Below, one piece after another: positions 58,293 to 64,000 of a DNA stretch of 64,000 nucleotides. The stretch's first letter is position 1; every line of letters starts with the position of its first letter. The stretch comes from Candidatus Pacearchaeota archaeon (lineage in GTDB: Archaea > Nanobdellota > Nanobdellia > Pacearchaeales > UBA284), in NCBI GenBank assembly GCA_038886195.1, contig JAVZYK010000001.1, forward strand, positions 529,106 through 593,105. Direction: 5' to 3'. Below the pieces are notes generated by a model. That model ran no database searches and had not been told where the DNA came from. It saw only the letters and a list, made by a program, of their open reading frames with translations. The position numbers and the translations under genes are program-made.

Positions 58293-59210
58293 ATGGAAAG
58301 AAAGGTTTTTGTTGCAGTTGTTTTGACTTTGATATTGGTTTTACTTTTTGTTTCTGGACAACAAGGATGCAAAAAAGAAGAAAAAACAACTTTTAATACA
58401 ACTGCTTTGATTGTTAAATTTATAGACGATGCCCCTCCAGTTCAGCTTGTTCCTGGAGAAAAGTACAGAATTTACGCAGAAGTAAAAAATTTAGGAGGAT
58501 ATGATGTAAATCCTGGAAATGCTCATTTTTTCTTAAGCGGCATAGGTGAAAATCTTAAGAATGTTAATTTACATTTGCAAAATAGCAATTTGTTAAACAA
58601 AAAAACAACGATGCAGGAAGGAGGTAAAGAACAAATAATATTTACTAATAATGCTGAAGTTAGTGAGAAGTTGAGTAGTTTGCCAGCTCCTTTTAATTTT
58701 AATATGAGGTTGGATTCTTGTTATAAATACGCAACAATAACTCAGACAGAAGTTTGTGTTGGTAGAGGAGATAATATTTGCAGTATAGCTGGAGAGAAAA
58801 TTGTTAGTGGAAGCAATAGCGCAGCCCCTTTACAAGTTACTAGTCTGAAGGAAAGCGTCCAAGGCAATAAACTATATGTTACATTTTTGATAGAAAATAA
58901 AGGGAATGGCGAAGTATATTTGCCAAATGCGGATTGTGTTAAAATACAAGAACAAAACATTGATGAGAAGTTGAAACAAAACAAAGTTGAATTAGCAATA
59001 GAAGCAGAAGAAGGTTTTAGTTGTAAGCTTCAGTCAACACAGCCTCCTTATGGAACTATAGATAGTTTAAATGGAATAGCTTCTATAGGAACTATAACTT
59101 GTCAAAAAACTTTGACAGAAACCACAGGGCATAAAATACCTTTTAGAATTGTTTTATCATATGTTTATAGAGAAAGTATAACTAAAGGATTAACGATATT
59201 GCCTCCTTAA
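58293..59210 (+). CDS. Putative lipoprotein
   Basis: Signal peptide ending FVSGQQGC; F..DAPP, CYKY.T, Cys-rich Ig-like domains; GAGG RBS. Confidence 0.72.
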   Translation: MERKVFVAVVLTLILVLLFVSGQQGCKKEEKTTFNTTALIVKFIDDAPPVQLVPGEKYRIYAEVKNLGGYDVNPGNAHFFLSGIGENLKNVNLHLQNSNLLNKKTTMQEGGKEQIIFTNNAEVSEKLSSLPAPFNFNMRLDSCYKYATITQTEVCVGRGDNICSIAGEKIVSGSNSAAPLQVTSLKESVQGNKLYVTFLIENKGNGEVYLPNADCVKIQEQNIDEKLKQNKVELAIEAEEGFSCKLQSTQPPYGTIDSLNGIASIGTITCQKTLTETTGHKIPFRIVLSYVYRESITKGLTILPP

Positions 59211-59325
59211 CTATTTTAAAATGTTAGAATTCTTTAAAAGAATAATTCCTCCTTGGAGCAAAATTTATATTTTAATAGTTTTTTTAGAATTAATTTATTT
59301 AAGAATCTATTTAGCTTAATTTCAA

Positions 59326-59634
59326 TTATTCTAACATTTCTATTTCAACATTAACATCTTTCGGAATCGGCAATCTCATTATGCTATGAAGAACCCGTTC
59401 ATCTGCTGGCAAGTCAATAAGCCTTTTATGGATTCTCATTTCAAATCTATCGAATGTAGCTTTACCATTACCGCATGGACTTTTTCTTGTGGTGATTTTT
59501 AGCCTTTTTGTTGGTAATGGAATAGGGCCTCTAAGAACTATGCCGCTTTTTGAAGCTATCTCTTTAATTGAGCTTATTATTTCATTCATTTTGTCTATAT
59601 CTATACTTGCTAGCTTTATTCTTGTGCGTGCCAT
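59326..59634 (-). CDS. rps10: 30S ribosomal protein S10
   Basis: RIKLAS, GPIPLPT, RKSPCG.G..TFDRFEMRIHKRLID; ATG at 59634. Confidence 0.98.
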   Translation of the reverse strand: MARTRIKLASIDIDKMNEIISSIKEIASKSGIVLRGPIPLPTKRLKITTRKSPCGNGKATFDRFEMRIHKRLIDLPADERVLHSIMRLPIPKDVNVEIEMLE

Positions 59635-59771
59635 TTTCAAATATTGAAAAAATAAATATGGAGCCTATAAAAAGGTTGCGATTCCAATAACAATCTTAAA
59701 AAAATTAAAATTTATAAAAATTTATAAACTTTATAAACTATTAGATTTTATTAATTTAAGAAATTTAGAAA

Positions 59772-62700
59772 ATGGGAAAAGAGGTAAAAGAAAAAACAAT
59801 TATTTTTTTTATGATCCTTTTTATAATTTTAGCTATAATTTTAATTTTCATTGGTTTTATCAATTTAAAGCCCCATTTTACTGGCAAAGCAATTTCAGTT
59901 GAAAAAGAAAGCTTTGTTATTAGTGAACCAATTAAAGGAACTTTTAATTTAGAATTAAAAGAAGGTGAACTAATTCCTTCAAACACCGAAGTAATTGTAA
60001 CTTTAAAAAAAGATAATAAAAAAATAGTTAAAGAGCTTTCATTGAAAGAACTTGTTGAAATATCAGATTTAAAGGTCGCAGAACAACAAGGAAAATTTTT
60101 TATAGAAAATAAAAAAATTGAAGGTGAAGGTTTTGGTTATGGTTGGCCAGGTCATTATATCGTTTATCCTAATGTTTACTTTCAGTTAAAAGTTTCTAAG
60201 ATTGCTGAAGAAAGTAAAAGTCAAGAAATTGAAGAGCCTTTACCTGAATTGCCTGTTGAACAAGAAGTTGAGCAAGAATCTCAAGAAATAATGTCAGAAC
60301 AAATTGAAGAAGAGCAATCTACAGAACAAGAATCTCAAAAAGAAACATCTCAATCAGAAGAAACAGAGCAATCCATGGAACAAACAGAACAATCTGCAGG
60401 GCAAAATTTAGTTTCAATAACAGCATCTGCTGTTTTTAAAATGATAAAATTCTTTGGGATCTGGAACAGTTTTGCTGTTCTCGAAGAAAATGGAAAATAT
60501 AAAATTATAGAGGCAAGTTGCTCTAATGAAAATCCTTTCTTTTATGATTTAAAAGAAAATGAAAAAGTTGAACTTGTTTCAGGAACCGTTCACACTGAAG
60601 ATAAGAAATTAAAAGACGATGAAGTCAATATTGAAATTAAAAATAATAAAGTTGAAGTTTCAACCAATTATTTCGAAAGCTTTGAAGGATTTGGCGAGGC
60701 TTATTTAAACAAAGAAAAACACTATTTTAGTTTTAATCTTGAAAAATTAAATTTAAAAACAGATGAACCAGGAACTTATGATTTAATTATAACTTTAGTC
60801 TATCGAGGCCAAGAATTGTTGCGAGAAAGTGAAGAGATAGAAATTTTGCCTGGGGCTATTACGATAAAAGTTATTGACAAAGAAGGCAATGTTGAAGACG
60901 AGATTGCTGTTAATAATACAAAAATCAAGTTAAAAATTGGCAAGATAAAAGTTGGACGCGAAATTGAACACGAGCTTGAAATTGAAAAAGAAAATTTAGG
61001 AATAACGGGCAGTGCAATCATCGAGCAACCACTGCCAGAATCAGAAATCAACTTTATTTCGATGCCGGAAGATGTCGTGATTCAGATTGACAAGGTTCCT
61101 GAATATCAGACAGAGGTTTTTGCTATAGAGCCAAGTAAAGACATTGAGATTGAAAGCGCGATAATAACTTTAGAAAAAACAACTGCACAGCCAATAGCAA
61201 GAATCTTGCAGTGTGATGAATGGGACATTGAAGAATTTAAGTGTAATGGCGAATGGAAAGATTCTGGTTTGGAGTTTTTGGATAATGGAACTCACGTTTC
61301 TTTTACAACAAACCACTTCACTGCTTACATAGGCGAAAGCAACATGACTTGTCCTTATTATGTTAATGAAGATGTTGTGCTTGTGAGCAACGTTTCTTGC
61401 AATGGCACTGCCTTTATAATCAATGCCGATGATGTTACGATTGATTGTCAAGGTTATACTATAAATTATGGCATAACAAGTTCTGGCTATGGAATAAGCA
61501 ATAATGGCTTTGATAACATTGCAATTAGAAATTGTGTTATTAATGGAGGCGATTATGCTGATAGTTCAATTTATCAGACAGGCTCTGCAGATAATTTTAC
61601 AATCATGAATAACAATCTTTATTCTACTGCCATTCATACTTTAGATTTGCGAGAGCCACATAACAGCTTTATTTACAATAATACAATTTATGGCCGCATT
61701 TACATTGAGACTGGCTCGAATAATATTTTTGAAGGAAATATTATTGAGGGCAATGACTACCAATACTTTGGCGGAACTGATTATGATATAATTAACAATA
61801 AATTTTATTCAGAATCGATAGAACTTGATACTTATTCTGTTTATTTTGCATACAACTATATTGAAGACGCTGTTTCAGACAATACTGGTAGTGCAGTTTA
61901 TTTGGCAAATCACGAGGGAGGAAACTATGTCATTTTCAACAACACAATTTTAGTTTATGCAGATGGTGATAAAGGAATATACTTGGATAGAGTAGTAGAA
62001 TTGGCCGAAACCAATATAAGTTATAATAACATAACAGCCTATTGCGATGCTTGTAAAGGCATTGTTATTGACTATCCTAGTAACGTTCATATTGAAAACA
62101 ACGCCATTGAGACTTTTGGCAGCGCAATTGAATGGACAATGGACGGCTTGAAAAATAGTTATGGTCTTGTGCTTCGTTATGCTAGCTCAGATGGTTTTAG
62201 ATATATAACTAATAATGCAATCACAACTCATGGCGTTGGAGCTTCTGGGATTTATCTTTATGAAACACGTAACTGGAACGGCCCCGGCAGGAATGTTTTC
62301 CGCGATAATTTCATAGTAACAGAAAAAGGCTACGGCTTTGAGATTAGCGGAGATTGTGACGATCCTTATTCAAGTTATCCGAGCGATATTGATACAAGCA
62401 ACTTAGTTGAAGGCAAACCAGTTTATTATTATTGTAATGTAAGCAATACTGAGATAAGTGACTTGGATGCAGGGCAAATTATGGTAGGGCAAACAGCGAC
62501 TTGGCCTAATCCTTCAAATTTCACTTTGAAAAATGTTGCTTCTGAAGATGGAATAATGCTTATTGACGGCGTTGAAGGTGTCAACATTACAGAATCAACC
62601 ATTAACACAAACAATCAAGAAGGCGTTGCTGCAATTTACATAAAATATGCGGGTGGCTCTAACATCTACAATAATGAATTAACAGGAAATTATTATGGAG

Positions 62701-64000
62701 TTTATGATGAAAGTGGCAATAACTATGTGCATGACAATAATATTTCAAATAACGAGTATGGCGTAGTAGAAAGAGAAGCGTCTTGGTCACAAATTTATTC
62801 TAATGTCATGGATTCAAATAATATTGCTGTATTACTAAACTCAACTTATTCAGGTGGCGGTGGTGGCGGTGGCACAAGTTATCATAATATATCTTTCAAC
62901 AACATTTCAGGCGGCAATTACGGAATTTATTTGAGCGACGAAGACAACAACATTGTTGAGGGGAATACTATCGATAATGTTGACTATGCTTTATACATTT
63001 ATGGCACTCGTTCTGAACAAACCGGAAACAATCAGATTTTAAATAACAATATAACTAATAGTAATGTTTATGATTTCTATACTTTATATTTAAACAATCC
63101 CGGATTCGGAGACGATATCATTACTAACTTAAAAACAGACAATGTTGTTTCTAGTTTGCTTGTTAGAAATATTGCATTAAAAGCAACAACAAGCCCTGCG
63201 CCTGATCCATCGGGATGGCAGAATATCGGCAAGTTTTTAGAAATAAACAACAATACAGAGAATTCTTGGCTGTTGTTAAACATAAGCTATCTTGATTCTG
63301 AAATTGGCTCGATAAATGAATCAACCTTGCGCTTGTGGAAATATAATGGTTCGTGGCATCAGGTTGATAGTGATGTTGATATTGACAATAATGTTGTTTA
63401 TATGAACAACGCTGAGCCGCCTTCTAGTGTTTATGCTGTGATGGGCGAAGGCGGCGCAATTGATGATGAAGCGCCTCGATATAGTCAAGACAATGACAAT
63501 TCAACTGGAAGCGTTGTTCAAGGCAAAACAGTTAAGGTTTATGTTTATTGGCAAGACAATGTTGGCTTGAGCCATGCAATTTTCAGAACAAATGAATCAG
63601 GAACGTGGCAAAATGTTTCTATATGTAGTTTTTCAGGCGCAAACGGATGGTGTAATGCAACTATTGACACGACAGGAGATGCAGGCAAAACAATCTGCTG
63701 GAACCAATATGCTAATGACACAAGCAATAACTGGAACACAACAATGTCAGAAACATTACATTGCTTCAGAGTCACCACTTCTGGCGGAGGCGGAGGTGGT
63801 GGCGGAGGAGCTTATTGTGGCGACGGAATCTGTAACAATAATGAAAACTGCACTACTTGTCCAGAAGATTGTCATAGTTGCGGTGACGGCTGCTGTAGTC
63901 CTGAATATGGTGAGAGTTACAGCAATTGTTGGCAAGATTGCTGCTATCCAGAAGGTGTCAATAGGCCTGTTTTGCCATTACATGTTTGCTGTCCTGGTTT
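59772..64000 (+). CDS. Giant surface protein (>1400 aa, runs off the right edge): TM anchor, acidic linker, parallel beta-helix repeats, Gly linkers, Cys-rich repeats
   Basis: ATG at 59772, in frame at every point spot-checked to the window end (absent from the ORF track, consistent with no stop); FTGKAI after the TM; N-rich I.NN.I repeats; CGDGICNNNENCTTCPEDC. Confidence 0.88.
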   Translation, partial: MGKEVKEKTIIFFMILFIILAIILIFIGFINLKPHFTGKAISVEKESFVISEPIKGTFNLELKEGELIPSNTEVIVTLKKDNKKIVKELSLKELVEISDLKVAEQQGKFFIENKKIEGEGFGYGWPGHYIVYPNVYFQLKVSKIAEESKSQEIEEPLPELPVEQEVEQESQEIMSEQIEEEQSTEQESQKETSQSEETEQSMEQTEQSAGQNLVSITASAVFKMIKFFGIWNSFAVLEENGKYKIIEASCSNENPFFYDLKENEKVELVSGTVHTEDKKLKDDEVNIEIKNNKVEVSTNYFESFEGFGEAYLNKEKHYFSFNLEKLNLKTDEPGTYDLIITLVYRGQELLRESEEIEILPGAITIKVIDKEGNVEDEIAVNNTKIKLKIGKIKVGREIEHELEIEKENLGITGSAIIEQPLPESEINFISMPEDVVIQIDKVPEYQTEVFAIEPSKDIEIESAIITLEKTTAQPIARILQCDEWDIEEFKCNGEWKDSGLEFLDNGTHVSFTTNHFTAYIGESNMTCPYYVNEDVVLVSNVSCNGTAFIINADDVTIDCQGYTINYGITSSGYGISNNGFDNIAIRNCVINGGDYADSSIYQTGSADNFTIMNNNLYSTAIHTLDLREPHNSFIYNNTIYGRIYIETGSNNIFEGNIIEGNDYQYFGGTDYDIINNKFYSESIELDTYSVYFAYNYIEDAVSDNTGSAVYLANHEGGNYVIFNNTILVYADGDKGIYLDRVVELAETNISYNNITAYCDACKGIVIDYPSNVHIENNAIETFGSAIEWTMDGLKNSYGLVLRYASSDGFRYITNNAITTHGVGASGIYLYETRNWNGPGRNVFRDNFIVTEKGYGFEISGDCDDPYSSYPSDIDTSNLVEGKPVYYYCNVSNTEISDLDAGQIMVGQTATWPNPSNFTLKNVASEDGIMLIDGVEGVNITESTINTNNQEGVAAIYIKYAGGSNIYNNELTGNYYGVYDESGNNYVHDNNISNNEYGVVEREASWSQIYSNVMDSNNIAVLLNSTYSGGGGGGGTSYHNISFNNISGGNYGIYLSDEDNNIVEGNTIDNVDYALYIYGTRSEQTGNNQILNNNITNSNVYDFYTLYLNNPGFGDDIITNLKTDNVVSSLLVRNIALKATTSPAPDPSGWQNIGKFLEINNNTENSWLLLNISYLDSEIGSINESTLRLWKYNGSWHQVDSDVDIDNNVVYMNNAEPPSSVYAVMGEGGAIDDEAPRYSQDNDNSTGSVVQGKTVKVYVYWQDNVGLSHAIFRTNESGTWQNVSICSFSGANGWCNATIDTTGDAGKTICWNQYANDTSNNWNTTMSETLHCFRVTTSGGGGGGGGGAYCGDGICNNNENCTTCPEDCHSCGDGCCSPEYGESYSNCWQDCCYPEGVNRPVLPLHVCCPG

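Noticed and set aside
59240..59262. ctcc-tt-ggag hairpin as a terminator between convergent genes
   Set aside because: The 4-bp stem is too weak to support a call

Overview
AT-rich archaeal chromosome segment, most consistent with a DPANN (Nanoarchaeota; Pacearchaeota/Woesearchaeota-like) genome. The taxon is inferred from gene content, not from a search. Housekeeping genes include ftsZ-secE-spt5, RPA-radA, srp54, ftsY, GINS, TFB, RNase Z, tRNA splicing endonuclease, RecJ-like DHH, aIF2-alpha, aEF1-beta, several r-proteins and four tRNAs (Thr-TGT with a 16-nt intron, Val-GAC, Leu-TAG, Gln-TTG). The accessory content centres on a type IV pilus-like secretion system: assembly ATPase, TadC/ArlJ-like platform, A24 prepilin peptidase and at least 10 class III signal-peptide proteins. 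One pilin is fused to an SLT lytic transglycosylase domain with intact motifs. Another large pilin-like gene directly precedes a 2454-aa secreted protein ending in an M23 peptidase and an NlpC/P60-like domain. A secreted protein resembling a bacterial outer-membrane beta-barrel lies nearby. Together these suggest, by inference, a pilus-associated apparatus for attacking or attaching to peptidoglycan-walled bacteria, in an organism that is not expected to make peptidoglycan. A >1400-aa beta-helix surface protein runs off the right end. No CRISPR array, rRNA, integrase or transposase was seen.
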